DNA from: Polyangiaceae bacterium
GTDB taxonomy: Bacteria; Myxococcota_A; Polyangia; Polyangiales; Polyangiaceae
Length of the DNA stretch: 64,000 bases
Assembly (NCBI GenBank): GCA_033763455.1
Contig: JANRKO010000045.1
Coordinates: forward strand, 32,001 to 96,000
Reading direction: 5' to 3'
Shown here: piece by piece, positions 1 to 9,889 of the stretch
Layout: every line of letters starts with the position of its first letter
How positions within the stretch are numbered: position 1 is the stretch's first letter
Position numbers and translations under genes: made by a program
Notes under the pieces: generated by a model
The model's database searches: none
Told to the model about the DNA's origin: nothing
The model's input: only the letters and a program-made list of their open reading frames with translations

Positions 1-2
1 TA

Positions 3-1469
3 GAAACGAGGCTCCGTGCCCTGCCACACTGGGCCTATTTCTTCGCCGAAGGGTACGACGTGGACGCCGCTTACCGCGCTGCGGAAAGTGCTCTTGAATA
101 TTGCAGACGCACCCAAAAGCCCGCCACGCTCCACATCAAATGCTTCCGCCTGCTCGGGCACGCTGGTAGTGACGTGGATACGACCTACCGCACGCGCGAA
201 GAGCTTGAAGAAGCACAAGCTCACGACCCGCTCCTGTGTTTTGGCCTAGCCTTGGTTGAACAAGGCCGCATCCCGAAGGAGGAAATTCTGGCGTTGGAAG
301 CGGCTGTCCAGCGCCGAGTGCAGCAAAAGCAGCACGAAGTGATAGTGCGACCGAAGTTGGAGTCCGCCGAGCAGATCATGGCGGCCATCGCCGATCCGGT
401 ACCGATTGGTTGGGTCCCCACGACATTCTTCCGCTCCGCAGACTTACGGACCGAGGCGCCCACACTCACCCTCGCAGCCGGGCTCCAGCTTGTCCTCGAA
501 TGCGCTCTCGATGCCGATCCGGACACCCTGATTTTCGGCGAAGATGTGGGCAAAAAGGGCGGTGTTTATGGGATCACGAAGGGGCTTGTCCAAAAAGCCG
601 GCCCCGTCCGCGTGTTTAACACACTGCTCGACGAGCAGACTATTTTGGGCTTGGCGCTCGGCCTTGCAACGCTTGGTTTCCTACCCATCCCGGAGATCCA
701 ATACCTTGCGTACTTGCACAATGCTGAAGATCAATTACGCGGAGAAGCGGCAACGCTCGGCTTCTTTTCGGACGGGGCTTTTTCCAATCCAATGCTCGTG
801 CGTGTGGCCGGGCTCGGGTACCAAAAAGGTTTTGGTGGCCACTTCCACAACGATAACTCGCTGGCCGTGTTGCGGGATATTCCAGGAATTATTGTGGGCG
901 TCCCTGCACGTGCAGACGACGCTTTGGCGATGTATAAGAGTGCTCTGGGTTTGATCCGGGAGAGGCGCCGTGTAGTGGTGATGGTGGAGCCTATCGCGCT
1001 CTATCACACCAAAGATCTGTATGAGCCCAATGACGGCCTTTGGTTGGCCGCGGACGCAGCACCGGCACAATTTGGCAGGGCGCGAGTGTACCGACCCGAA
1101 GCCACTGACCTCACCATTCTAACCTATGGCAACGGGGTCCATCTGAGCCTACAAGCCGCCAAAAAACTGAGTGGGCTGCACCACATTGAGGCGCGAGTGG
1201 TAGATCTACGCTGGCTTGTGCCGCTCCCCGATGCGGACATCCTGGAGCACGTGGCAGCCACGGGGCGGGCGCTCGTGGTGGACGAATGCCGGCCCGGCGG
1301 GAATGTTTCTGAGGGCATTTTAGCCTTGTTGGCCCTCGAACAACCCGAGGCCAAGCTCGGGCGGGTGACAGCAGAAAACAGCTTCATCGCTCTCGGTGAA
1401 GCCGCGAACCTGGTGTTGGTTCAAGTTCCCGAGGTCGTGGAAGCGGGCCGCGCTCTTTACAGCACCTAG
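3..1469 (+). CDS. TPP-dependent 2-oxoacid dehydrogenase E1, fused alpha/beta subunit (5'-truncated by window edge)
   Basis: Frame open from position 3. Motifs RLLGHAGSD (E1 alpha end), IFGEDVGKKGGVYG, EQTILG, EIQYLAY, GGHFH and VVDLRWLVPL (E1 beta/transketolase C-terminal). Confidence 0.85.
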   Translation, partial: ETRLRALPHWAYFFAEGYDVDAAYRAAESALEYCRRTQKPATLHIKCFRLLGHAGSDVDTTYRTREELEEAQAHDPLLCFGLALVEQGRIPKEEILALEAAVQRRVQQKQHEVIVRPKLESAEQIMAAIADPVPIGWVPTTFFRSADLRTEAPTLTLAAGLQLVLECALDADPDTLIFGEDVGKKGGVYGITKGLVQKAGPVRVFNTLLDEQTILGLALGLATLGFLPIPEIQYLAYLHNAEDQLRGEAATLGFFSDGAFSNPMLVRVAGLGYQKGFGGHFHNDNSLAVLRDIPGIIVGVPARADDALAMYKSALGLIRERRRVVVMVEPIALYHTKDLYEPNDGLWLAADAAPAQFGRARVYRPEATDLTILTYGNGVHLSLQAAKKLSGLHHIEARVVDLRWLVPLPDADILEHVAATGRALVVDECRPGGNVSEGILALLALEQPEAKLGRVTAENSFIALGEAANLVLVQVPEVVEAGRALYST

Positions 1470-2026
1470 GGTGCTTGCGGAACCTTAGCCTTCGGAGCCG
1501 GGGCTGATTCTTCGCAAGTGATATCCAGGTTCTTGGCTGCTGCCGAGAACGCCTCAAGCTGCGATCGGCAAATGCTGTCGGGAGAATCCAAGAAGGTCTC
1601 GCACTTCTGGTACTCCCCTTCGTTGTTGAGTTTTCCCATCACCCGCTGGCAGCAACGAATGGCCCGCAAGCACTCTGGAGTCGCCGGCGCACCCGCATTG
1701 CCCGGCTTAAAGCGCACGTGATCCAACTTCTGAGCTGCCGATTCAATCGCGCTTTTGGCCTTGAAGTATCCCCAAACCCCGAGCCCCACGAGCGACAGGA
1801 CGAAGAATAGAACGATGCCTCCGCAGCCAAGGCCCACGTACAGAAGAGTTTTGTCTTTCCTGACGGGTTGAATGAAATGCTGCGGAATGTATGGATAGCC
1901 AGCGGCGTGAGGCGGATGCGGCACACCAGCCGGGGGGTAACCAGGTGGCGAAGTTGGGAAGCCTGGCGGCGGGGCGCCGGGTGCACCCGGTGGTGGCTGA
2001 GTCCCAAACGGATCGTGACCGGACAT
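1466..2026 (-). CDS. hypothetical membrane protein (Pro-rich N-terminus, one TM helix, Cys-rich C-terminal domain)
   Basis: Pro/Gly-rich N-terminus, hydrophobic LLYVGLGCGGIVLFFVLSLVGLGVWGYF, and a C-terminus with six Cys. Start uncertain (2026 or 2047). Confidence 0.6.
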   Translation of the reverse strand: MSGHDPFGTQPPPGAPGAPPPGFPTSPPGYPPAGVPHPPHAAGYPYIPQHFIQPVRKDKTLLYVGLGCGGIVLFFVLSLVGLGVWGYFKAKSAIESAAQKLDHVRFKPGNAGAPATPECLRAIRCCQRVMGKLNNEGEYQKCETFLDSPDSICRSQLEAFSAAAKNLDITCEESAPAPKAKVPQAP

Positions 2027-2170
2027 CTTCTGTTCGCCGGCTAGCACGCTCGCTCGGTCCGGGAAAGTGCGGGTCCTTAGCCCGATACGGATCCTCGGCG
2101 GGCGTCGGCATGGCCGACTCTTGCCCTTGGAAGGCTTCCCAGGAATTGGAGACGGCCTAAGCTGGCGGCC

Positions 2171-3649
2171 GTGTCACTCTCAAAAGCTCGACTGCGCCCA
2201 TTCTTCGTCCCTCTCCTGCTCGCATACCTGAGCTCAAGCTTTGCCGCTCAGGCCGCCGAAGTGGCGCACCCAACCGTGACCCGAGACGCGACCAACGTTC
2301 GGCTCCAGGCACAAAAGTTAACCCTCCCCAATGGCCTCGAAGTGATCTTGCACCAAGATCACTCACTGCCCCGGGTAGCCATCAATATTTGGTACCGCGT
2401 CGGCCCCGTAAACCAACCCAAAGGGCGCTCGGGCTTCGCGCACTTGTTCGAACACTTGATGTTCGAGGGCTCCAAACACGCAGGCCGCGAATTCGACCAC
2501 CTCCTGGAGGCGGCCGGTGCCACGAACGTGAATGGAACAACGTCCTGGGATCGAACGAATTTCTTCGAGACTCTCCCTTCTGAGTACCTGGAGCTAGGCC
2601 TCTGGCTGGAGAGCGATCGCATGGGATTCCTGCTAGATGTTATCAACCAAGAGAGGTTAGATGTGCAGCGTGAAGTGGTGCTCAATGAGCGCCGGCAAAG
2701 CTACGAAAATGCGCCGTATGGCGCGAGCTACCTTGCCCTCGTCAACGCGATCTATCCCGAGGGACACCCCTTTCATGACGCGGCGATTGGGTCAGTGGCA
2801 GACATTCAGGCCGCCACACTCGCCGACGTTGAAGATTTCTTCAGGCGCTTCTATTCCCCCAGCAACGCAACGCTCACGCTCGCGGGCGACTTCGACGTGG
2901 ACCGAGCGACAGCTCTCATCAAGCGCTATTTCGGCACGTTACCCAGCCAGCCCGCATTGCCTAGGCCCGCGCCCCCCTGTTCGCTCGTAAAAACGCCGCA
3001 CTGCCGAGTCGATTTCCCCGTGCGTTTGCCCAAAGCCCAGACGCTGACGGTGAAGGACGCCGTGAGTTTACCCGAGATAGCCGTGGCGTGGGCAACTCCA
3101 GCTGCGTTCTCCGATGACGATCTTGCTTTAGATCTTGCCAGCGTAATTCTAGCTGAAGGCAAGACCAGCCGACTCTACAAGGCACTAGTTATTGACCAGC
3201 GACTCGCTTCGAGTGTGAGCGCGTGGGTGGACTCCACCTCCACGGACAGCATGTTTCAGGTGAGCGCCATGGGAACCTTCGCGGGCGACCACCGGAAGCT
3301 CGAACAATCTCTACTGAGCGAGCTCGAAAAGCTGCGACGCGATGGGCCTACCGAGCTTGAAGTGGCGCGTGCTCAACATAAGCTGTTGCTATCAACGCTG
3401 AGCGATTTGCAGTTACTCAACGGGTCAGGCGGAGAGAGCGGCAGAGCCGGCACCCTCCAACGCCTCAACCACTACTTGGGAAGCCCGACCCACTTGCAAA
3501 CATGGTTAACCAGAGTGGGTGAATTGACCAAAACCGACATTCTCCGTGCGCTTCAGAAGCACGCGGGACCAGAACACCGAGTCATTGTGCGCACTGTACC
3601 TAATTCGACCCCACCCAATCCCACGCCTGCTAAGGGAGGTACGCCGTGA
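2171..3649 (+). CDS. M16 (pitrilysin/insulinase) family zinc metallopeptidase, catalytic subunit
   Basis: Signal peptide, LPNGL start motif, inverted zincin HxxEH (GFAHLFEHLMF), NGTTSWDRTNF, EREVV-like QREVVLNERR. Confidence 0.92.
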   Translation: MSLSKARLRPFFVPLLLAYLSSSFAAQAAEVAHPTVTRDATNVRLQAQKLTLPNGLEVILHQDHSLPRVAINIWYRVGPVNQPKGRSGFAHLFEHLMFEGSKHAGREFDHLLEAAGATNVNGTTSWDRTNFFETLPSEYLELGLWLESDRMGFLLDVINQERLDVQREVVLNERRQSYENAPYGASYLALVNAIYPEGHPFHDAAIGSVADIQAATLADVEDFFRRFYSPSNATLTLAGDFDVDRATALIKRYFGTLPSQPALPRPAPPCSLVKTPHCRVDFPVRLPKAQTLTVKDAVSLPEIAVAWATPAAFSDDDLALDLASVILAEGKTSRLYKALVIDQRLASSVSAWVDSTSTDSMFQVSAMGTFAGDHRKLEQSLLSELEKLRRDGPTELEVARAQHKLLLSTLSDLQLLNGSGGESGRAGTLQRLNHYLGSPTHLQTWLTRVGELTKTDILRALQKHAGPEHRVIVRTVPNSTPPNPTPAKGGTP

Positions 3650-5184
3650 AGGCAAGGGCTGTGCTCTCCCTGGTGTCAGCATCCCTGTGGGCGAACGCGT
3701 GCGCCCCAACGCCCGTACCTAAAAGCGGCATCCAGCCGCCAGCTATTGCCGCCCCGCCTCGGCCCGATCCCGAAGCTTGGCGAACGGCGCAGCCACCCAA
3801 GGGCTCTCCGGCAAAGCTTGCGTTCACCGAACCCAGCCAGTTTGTGCTCAAAAATGGCTTCCACGTGTACGCCTTGCCGTGCAAAGCAAGCACACTCTCG
3901 CTCAGCACCGTGGTCCGGCACGACGCACGGAGCATCGATGGCCAAGTACCTGGGTTGGCGGCGCTCACGGCGCGCATGCTCAGTGAGGGTAGCAAAGGTT
4001 ATCCGGATTTGGCTCTCGCCGAAGCCATCGAAGGCTTAGGCTCGGACTTCTCGATCCACACCGGACGCGACGCCACCACCATTGGCGTTGAAGCATTGCC
4101 TAGCGACCTCAATGCGGCGTTGTCCCTTTTGGCGGAAGTCGTGACGCGGCCGCAGTTTTCCCCCAAAGCCTTCGACCGAGTCAAAGCGCAGTGGATCGAC
4201 AATGTGCGGGATACCTTGCAAGATCCGCGTTCGCTCTCGAGCGTCATCGGATTTGAGGCCTTGCTTGGTAAAGAGCTAGGCTCCCCAGTGCACGGGTATC
4301 CGGAAGGAATTCAAGAACTCAAGCGTGAGGATATTCAACGCTTCCATGCCCGTGCGTACACGCCCGCGCAGGCAGCCCTCGCTGTGGTCGGAGACTTTGA
4401 TCCGAAGGCTTTGGAGCACTTAGTTGAGGAGCGCTTCGGCAAGTGGAAACGCACGGCGGTCCCCAAGAACGAGGGCCGAGCGCTCTCGGCGGCGTTGCCT
4501 CAGGGCATCCAGATCCTCCTCCTGGATCGCCCAGGCTCACCCCAGAGCGCGCTGTTTGCAGCACAATCGCTCCCTCCGCGCAGAGAGCCTGGTTACGCCG
4601 AGCGCGAACTCCTGGTCACCACATTCGGTGGCCTTTTCACCTCGCGCCTGAACCTGAATCTCCGGGAGAAAAAAGCCTACACCTACGGAGCCTTCGGTAG
4701 TTACGTTGCAACGCGCAACTGGGGAGCGCTAGCGATCAGCACCAGCGTAGAGACGAAGTACACGGCCGACGCCATTCGGGAAATTCTTCAGGAGCTACGC
4801 GACTTAGGATCACCCACCACGCCTCGACCCCTCGGGAAAGCGGAGGTAGACCGCGCTCGGGCGGACATTGTGCATTCTTTGGTGGAGCACCTCGGCCACA
4901 CCAACCGCATGGTGGCGGATCTTGAGCAGCTGTTCGTCCACGAGCTCCCCCTGAATTACTTTTCCGGTCTCGCCCAAGAAATCCAAGCTGCCGACCTCGG
5001 GGCGCTGCAACACGCGGCCAGTACGCTCATTACCCCGGCGTCCCTGACGATCGCGGTCGTCGGAGACCGTAGCAGCGTAGAAGCTCCGCTTCATGCGCTC
5101 GGCTACCCAGTAAAGACGCTGCGCGATTTCGCCTCATCCTCTCAATCGCGTTCGATCAGCTCACAGCGCGCGACAGGGGACTAG
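3646..5184 (+). CDS. M16 family peptidase, non-catalytic partner subunit (putative lipoprotein)
   Basis: 4-bp overlap with the upstream M16 gene. LKNGF and SRLNLNLREKKAYTYG motifs present, no HxxEH. Lipobox-like WANAC. Confidence 0.88.
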   Translation: MKARAVLSLVSASLWANACAPTPVPKSGIQPPAIAAPPRPDPEAWRTAQPPKGSPAKLAFTEPSQFVLKNGFHVYALPCKASTLSLSTVVRHDARSIDGQVPGLAALTARMLSEGSKGYPDLALAEAIEGLGSDFSIHTGRDATTIGVEALPSDLNAALSLLAEVVTRPQFSPKAFDRVKAQWIDNVRDTLQDPRSLSSVIGFEALLGKELGSPVHGYPEGIQELKREDIQRFHARAYTPAQAALAVVGDFDPKALEHLVEERFGKWKRTAVPKNEGRALSAALPQGIQILLLDRPGSPQSALFAAQSLPPRREPGYAERELLVTTFGGLFTSRLNLNLREKKAYTYGAFGSYVATRNWGALAISTSVETKYTADAIREILQELRDLGSPTTPRPLGKAEVDRARADIVHSLVEHLGHTNRMVADLEQLFVHELPLNYFSGLAQEIQAADLGALQHAASTLITPASLTIAVVGDRSSVEAPLHALGYPVKTLRDFASSSQSRSISSQRATGD

Positions 5185-5351
5185 GAGCCTCGAAACGCCT
5201 CAAACGCGAGAATTCACCTACACACGTCTCCAATGTAAGGCACTCGTCCCGTCGAATAAACAATGCTAGAGAAACGGCCGTTCCTCTCGCATACTAGCCG
5301 GCACTACAACAAAAGTGGGTTGGGCGGGCCACGTGGAGCACCGACGCCAGA

Positions 5352-7355
5352 ATGAATGCTTGCTTGGAGTCGACCACAGTTCTCGTCGTTGATGATGATG
5401 CCATCACTCAGGCACACCTTGTTGAGGTGCTTGAAGCGGCGGGCATCAGGTGTGCGGTTGCGAACTCCGGGGTTGCCGCAATGGCCTGGCTCGCCGATAA
5501 AGAGCCCGCCCTCATCTTGCTGGACCTGGTGATGCCAGACGCCGATGGGCTCAAGGTGCTCGGCTACGTGCGTAAGCTTGCGCGCTTTGAAGGTGTCCCC
5601 GTTGTGGTGGTGACGGCGGAGCACGGAGAGGAAAGTCTGCAGCGGGTAATTGCAGCTGGCGCGGACGACTACGTACGAAAGCCTTTCAGTACGGTGGAGG
5701 TCTTGGCGCGGGTAAAGGGCCTATTGCGATCGCGAGAGTATCTGAACCGCATCAAACGTCGTGAGGCTGCACAGAAGTCTATTTTGGGGCTTTCCCAAGT
5801 GCTTGCCTCCACCCCTGACGTAAGTACAGCTCTCGGGTCCGTTGTTCATCAGCTTGCGGGCCTATTGCGAGTGGAGCGAGCCAGCATCGTACTTTTTGGC
5901 GAAGGTCAGGTGGGGCACGTTGTGGCGAGCAACGATGATCCGGAGATCGTTGACCGCACGATCTCGCTATCCGACTACCCCGAACTCCAGGAAGTCCGGG
6001 AGACCCGCTTTCCCTTGGTGCTCGCTGACACGCACACTCACGCTCTGTTGCGGCCCGTACGGGACAAAGGGCGCCCCCTCCCCTTCCGCTCCTCCGCACT
6101 TTTCCCCCTGCTCTTCGAGCGGGAGGCGCTTGGAGCGATCTTTCTCCGCGCAACAAGCCTCACCACGTTTGACGACTTTGAACTATCGCTGGCTAGCACC
6201 ATTGCCAATGCAACAGCCATTGCACTCCGCAATGCGCGCACCGTTCAGTCCCTGAAAGACGCCACCCAGCACAGCACCAATGCGCGGGCAGAAGCCGAGC
6301 GCCGCGTACAATTGTTCCAACGCTACGCTGACTTTTTCGAAAGCTCCGCAGATGGCATTCTCGTGATAGCCCGCAACGGGCAGCTTTTGTTCACCAATCC
6401 GCGGGCCAGAGAAATTACTGGGTTTTCAGAAACACGCCTGGTGGGGATGACCCTTTCGGAGCTCTTCACCCCCAACAACGAAGAGCGCGCTGAACGCTTG
6501 CTCAAGGGCTTCTCCCAGGGCGTATACCCTCGTGCTGTTGACGTGACGATTCGAACCGAGCGCGCCGAATCCATGATTGTGAACGCGTCGTTCAGCTCCG
6601 TAATGCACGAAGACAACGCCATTTTGCTCAGCTTTCGTGACGTTACCCAGGAGCGCCGCACTGCGATCGAACTCAAACAAACCAAGGAGTTCTTGGAGCG
6701 AGTGATTGATAGCTCCGTGGACGGCATTGTATCGGCGGACCTCAACGGAACAGTGCTCCTTTTTAACCGAGCCGCAGAACGGCTTTTCCAATATTCCTCC
6801 AGCGATGTGGTCGGCAAGCTCCAGGTAGAGCAGCTCTACCCGGAGGGAGTTGCCCGCCAGATCATGCGCAACATTCGCAACCCGGAGCTCAACGGGTACG
6901 GCCGCCTAGAAGGCCATCGGGTAGACATGGTGAGAGCAGACGGGGAGGCCGTGCCGGTCGTGTTGTCTGCTTCGCTCGTGTTGGAGAACGGCAAGCCTAT
7001 TGGGTCTGTCGGCATCTTCACGGATATCCGAGAACGGCTGCGGATGGAGGAAAGCCTTGAGCGCGCCGAGGAAGAGCTCCGAACACGCGAAAAGCACGCC
7101 ATTTTAGCCGAGCTTGCCGGGGCTGCAGCACACGAGCTGAACCAGCCGCTCACGAGCGTTATCGGCTACGGCGAGCTTCTGCGCCGACACCTGGAGGGCG
7201 ATGAGAAGCTAAGCAACGCAGCCAATATCATCATCTCCGAGGCCGAGCGGATGGCGGAAATCGTCCGCAAAGTCGGCAAAATCACTCGCTACGAGACGAA
7301 ATCTTACGTAGGAAGCGCCAAGATCCTCGATCTGGAAAAGGCCAGCGATAGCTGA
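5352..7355 (+). CDS. REC-GAF-PAS-PAS-HisKA signalling protein lacking a HATPase domain
   Basis: Receiver motifs VLVVDDD, LILLDLVMP and GADDYVRKPF, a GAF region, two PAS repeats, and H-box AAHELNQPL. The protein ends about 70 aa after the His. Confidence 0.85.
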   Translation: MNACLESTTVLVVDDDAITQAHLVEVLEAAGIRCAVANSGVAAMAWLADKEPALILLDLVMPDADGLKVLGYVRKLARFEGVPVVVVTAEHGEESLQRVIAAGADDYVRKPFSTVEVLARVKGLLRSREYLNRIKRREAAQKSILGLSQVLASTPDVSTALGSVVHQLAGLLRVERASIVLFGEGQVGHVVASNDDPEIVDRTISLSDYPELQEVRETRFPLVLADTHTHALLRPVRDKGRPLPFRSSALFPLLFEREALGAIFLRATSLTTFDDFELSLASTIANATAIALRNARTVQSLKDATQHSTNARAEAERRVQLFQRYADFFESSADGILVIARNGQLLFTNPRAREITGFSETRLVGMTLSELFTPNNEERAERLLKGFSQGVYPRAVDVTIRTERAESMIVNASFSSVMHEDNAILLSFRDVTQERRTAIELKQTKEFLERVIDSSVDGIVSADLNGTVLLFNRAAERLFQYSSSDVVGKLQVEQLYPEGVARQIMRNIRNPELNGYGRLEGHRVDMVRADGEAVPVVLSASLVLENGKPIGSVGIFTDIRERLRMEESLERAEEELRTREKHAILAELAGAAAHELNQPLTSVIGYGELLRRHLEGDEKLSNAANIIISEAERMAEIVRKVGKITRYETKSYVGSAKILDLEKASDS

Positions 7356-7378
7356 GCATCAAAGTGCCGCCTGTGCGC

Positions 7379-8152
7379 TCAGCCGTCTTTGACGATCTTT
7401 GCGTGCCGCTCCACCTGCTCGAAATAGAAGCTTGAGAGCGAACGCTGCAGCTTCTGTCGAGCGTGAAACAAACGGCTCATCACTGTGCCCTTTGAAACGT
7501 GCGTGGCTTCGGCGATCTCTTCGTAACTCAGGCCGTGAAGCTCACGCAGCACGATGGCCGACCTGTGATACGCGGGAAGTTCGTCGAGCGCCTCTTGCAC
7601 CCGGTGGGAGATCTCCTGACGGCGCAAGATTTCCCACGGATCCCCGCCGCGGCTCCCGCCAAAGAGCTGAGGGAAGCGCTCAAGTGAACTCTCCATACCC
7701 TCTTCGAACGAGGTCTCCCGGCGCAACGGCTTGCGCATGAGATCAATCGAAAGATTGCTCACGATGCGATACAACCACGTAAAAAAGCTTGAGCTACCGT
7801 TGAAGCGGGACAACCCCCGATAGACTCGCAAGAAGGCTTCTTGAACGATTTCTTGAGCGCTCTGTTCGTCACGCACAAGGCCCAGAGCAATTGCGTGCGC
7901 TCGGCCCTGATAGCGCTCAATGAGCGAACGGAACGCAACTTCATCGCCGCCGCGAGCTAATGCGACCAGAGCCAGATCCCTCTCTGGCTCGCTCAGCGAG
8001 CTCTCTGCCCTGGCTGGGCGAGGCTCAGCTTCCTTCGGAAGGCGGACGTTCCGGGTGGACCTGGAAACAAGGCGCGGACGGGGCCGCGGCCTACTGATCT
8101 CCGCACGCGACCAGAGAAGCGAACGGGTTTGAAGCGGCGTTGCAGCCATCAC
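7379..8152 (-). CDS. ECF-type sigma-70 family RNA polymerase sigma factor
   Basis: Region 2 AQEIVQEAFLRVYRGL...FFTWLYRIVSN and region 4 LRELHGLSYEEIA...GTVMSRLFHAR. True start is probably downstream of 8152. Confidence 0.92.
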   Translation of the reverse strand: MMAATPLQTRSLLWSRAEISRPRPRPRLVSRSTRNVRLPKEAEPRPARAESSLSEPERDLALVALARGGDEVAFRSLIERYQGRAHAIALGLVRDEQSAQEIVQEAFLRVYRGLSRFNGSSSFFTWLYRIVSNLSIDLMRKPLRRETSFEEGMESSLERFPQLFGGSRGGDPWEILRRQEISHRVQEALDELPAYHRSAIVLRELHGLSYEEIAEATHVSKGTVMSRLFHARQKLQRSLSSFYFEQVERHAKIVKDG

Positions 8153-8224
8153 CCGTAAGCTACGGAGGGCCGCCTAAGATCCCCCCCACGGGAGGCGCTA
8201 AAGACCGGAATTACCTGTGGGGGG

Positions 8225-8545
8225 CTAGGCCCCGCGCGCGGCCTTGGCCCGGGCTTCGGCGTGCTGATGAGTCAACTCGAAGATCGCCTGCGCGAGCAGC
8301 CGCTCCTCTTCACCCGTCAGGTTGCCCCGCGTTTTCTCCTGGAGCAAAACGAGTAAGTCGATGGATTGCTTGGCCATGGCCAGGCTGCGCCACGTTTCTT
8401 CGGGTGCCAGCGAGGGCGCGTCGTCGAAGTGGACGTGCGCCGAGTGGGTCAGAGACAAGATGAATGTGGCGAAGTCGATCGCCGGCAGGGACTCGTCCGC
8501 GCCAACTTTCTTCGGATCAGCGGTTAAAGGCTTTTCCCCACTCAT
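8225..8545 (-). CDS. DUF1844 family protein
   Basis: IDFATFILSL...AKQSIDLL..LQEKTRGNLT.EE signature. Confidence 0.8.
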   Translation of the reverse strand: MSGEKPLTADPKKVGADESLPAIDFATFILSLTHSAHVHFDDAPSLAPEETWRSLAMAKQSIDLLVLLQEKTRGNLTGEEERLLAQAIFELTHQHAEARAKAARGA

Positions 8546-8892
8546 TCCTCAGCCTTCGCTCCATCGTCGGGAGCGTCCTCATCGTCTTCATCCTCATCGT
8601 CGTCCGCTTCATCCTCATCCTCGTCGTCGTCGTCGTCGTCGGCAGCGAGGTTGGACTCAGGTGCCGGCACGGCACGGGGCCCTGTGGGACGAGCTTCCGA
8701 TGCCGAAGCTGCGGCTTCTGCAGACACCAGAGCCGGCTGCGGGAACGGCAGATCTTCAGCTTCGTCCGACAGATCTTTTAGCCCTTCGGTGTGGGCCGTC
8801 ACAGCCTCGGGCGTCAATGCGCCCCGACGGAGTTGGCGGTCGCGAACTCGAACATCGTATTTGGCTAGGTCCATCTGATCTTTCATTTTCAC
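8542..8892 (-). CDS. small hypothetical protein with acidic D/E tail
   Basis: N-terminal DVRVRDRQLRRG..T.E...L.DL pattern and a poly-D/E tract. 4-bp overlap with the DUF1844 gene. Confidence 0.7.
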   Translation of the reverse strand: MKMKDQMDLAKYDVRVRDRQLRRGALTPEAVTAHTEGLKDLSDEAEDLPFPQPALVSAEAAASASEARPTGPRAVPAPESNLAADDDDDDEDEDEADDDEDEDDEDAPDDGAKAEE

Positions 8893-8949
8893 TCCTGGCC
8901 GCGCAGGTGGTTCGGGTAAGTCCCAAAGTCACGCTGGGGGGCCACCGTC

Positions 8950-9513
8950 CTAGCGTCTTCGGGCCCCACGAAGCAAGCGGTCCGGAGGGATGAGCTTTGG
9001 CCCTGGGACGTCCGGGGCTAGCTCAGCTTGAGCCTCTGCGAGCTCCTCGGGCGTTGCGGGCCGGACCTCGTCTACCACAAGCTCAATGCGGATGTCCTGG
9101 CCGGCGAGAGGGTGATTGGTATCAAGCACAGCCACGTCTTCGCCGAGCTCCAGCACGCTTAAGAGCAAGAGCGCCCCTTCTTCGCCTTCTGCCTCGAAAC
9201 GATCCCCCACCTGTACTTCCGGAGGCAGCTCTTCGCGATCCACTTCGATCACGCCTTCTGGCGAACGAGGCCCAAAAGCATCTTCGGGCTTGAGCGTAAC
9301 CGTCTTCGTATCGCCCTTGGACGCGCCCTCCAACGCGATCTCGACGGCCTGCGGAAGCTGGCCGTACCCAAACAGAAAACCCAATCCCTCTGGCACAGAT
9401 TCCGCCAACTCCTCCCCCTCAGCATCGTACAGGGTGTAGCTGAGAATGACGTAAGTGTCAGGACCAACCTGAAACTCAGGCTGAACGGTGGATCGAGGGG
9501 CGCGGGGGGGCAT
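8950..9513 (-). CDS. slyD: FKBP-type peptidyl-prolyl cis-trans isomerase, SlyD-like
   Basis: V.LSYTLYD, FLFGYGQL, LKPEDAFG and LDTNHPLAG motifs. Lacks the His-rich tail. Confidence 0.85.
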   Translation of the reverse strand: MPPRAPRSTVQPEFQVGPDTYVILSYTLYDAEGEELAESVPEGLGFLFGYGQLPQAVEIALEGASKGDTKTVTLKPEDAFGPRSPEGVIEVDREELPPEVQVGDRFEAEGEEGALLLLSVLELGEDVAVLDTNHPLAGQDIRIELVVDEVRPATPEELAEAQAELAPDVPGPKLIPPDRLLRGARRR

Positions 9514-9566
9514 GGTGTGGCGAAGGGCGGAGAGAACTACAACTCGGTCGAGCTGGCAATTGCGCG

Positions 9567-9836
9567 TCACGGCGGGGAGCCGCCGGGCTCCTCAGGCCCC
9601 TCGACGGAGGTCACGAGCAGTACGGTTAGGGCGAGCTCCAGCTCTTCGGCTGTCAACTTTCGGCTTTTCTGGTCTAGCTCCCGTTTGAATGCGCCAAGAC
9701 GCGCACCAAACAACCGCATGCGCTGGCGCTCCGCCGGGTCCGACTCTGCCTGAACAAACCGTGCCACGATGGTCCGAAGTTCTACGAGGTCCCAGTCCAT
9801 GAGCGTGGCGAGCTGCGTGGCTAACGGGTGCGGCAT
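9567..9836 (-). CDS. small hypothetical protein
   Basis: Helical 89-aa ORF co-oriented and contiguous with the slyD gene group. Confidence 0.55.
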   Translation of the reverse strand: MPHPLATQLATLMDWDLVELRTIVARFVQAESDPAERQRMRLFGARLGAFKRELDQKSRKLTAEELELALTVLLVTSVEGPEEPGGSPP

Positions 9837-9889
9837 GGGTAAAAGCGTAGCATGCGCGCCATTGCTTGCGCGAACGCTGCCCGCTAGCC

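Noticed and set aside
8570..8645. (tcg/tca/tcc)n trinucleotide-like tract
   Set aside because: Explained by the poly-Asp/Glu tail of the minus-strand CDS.
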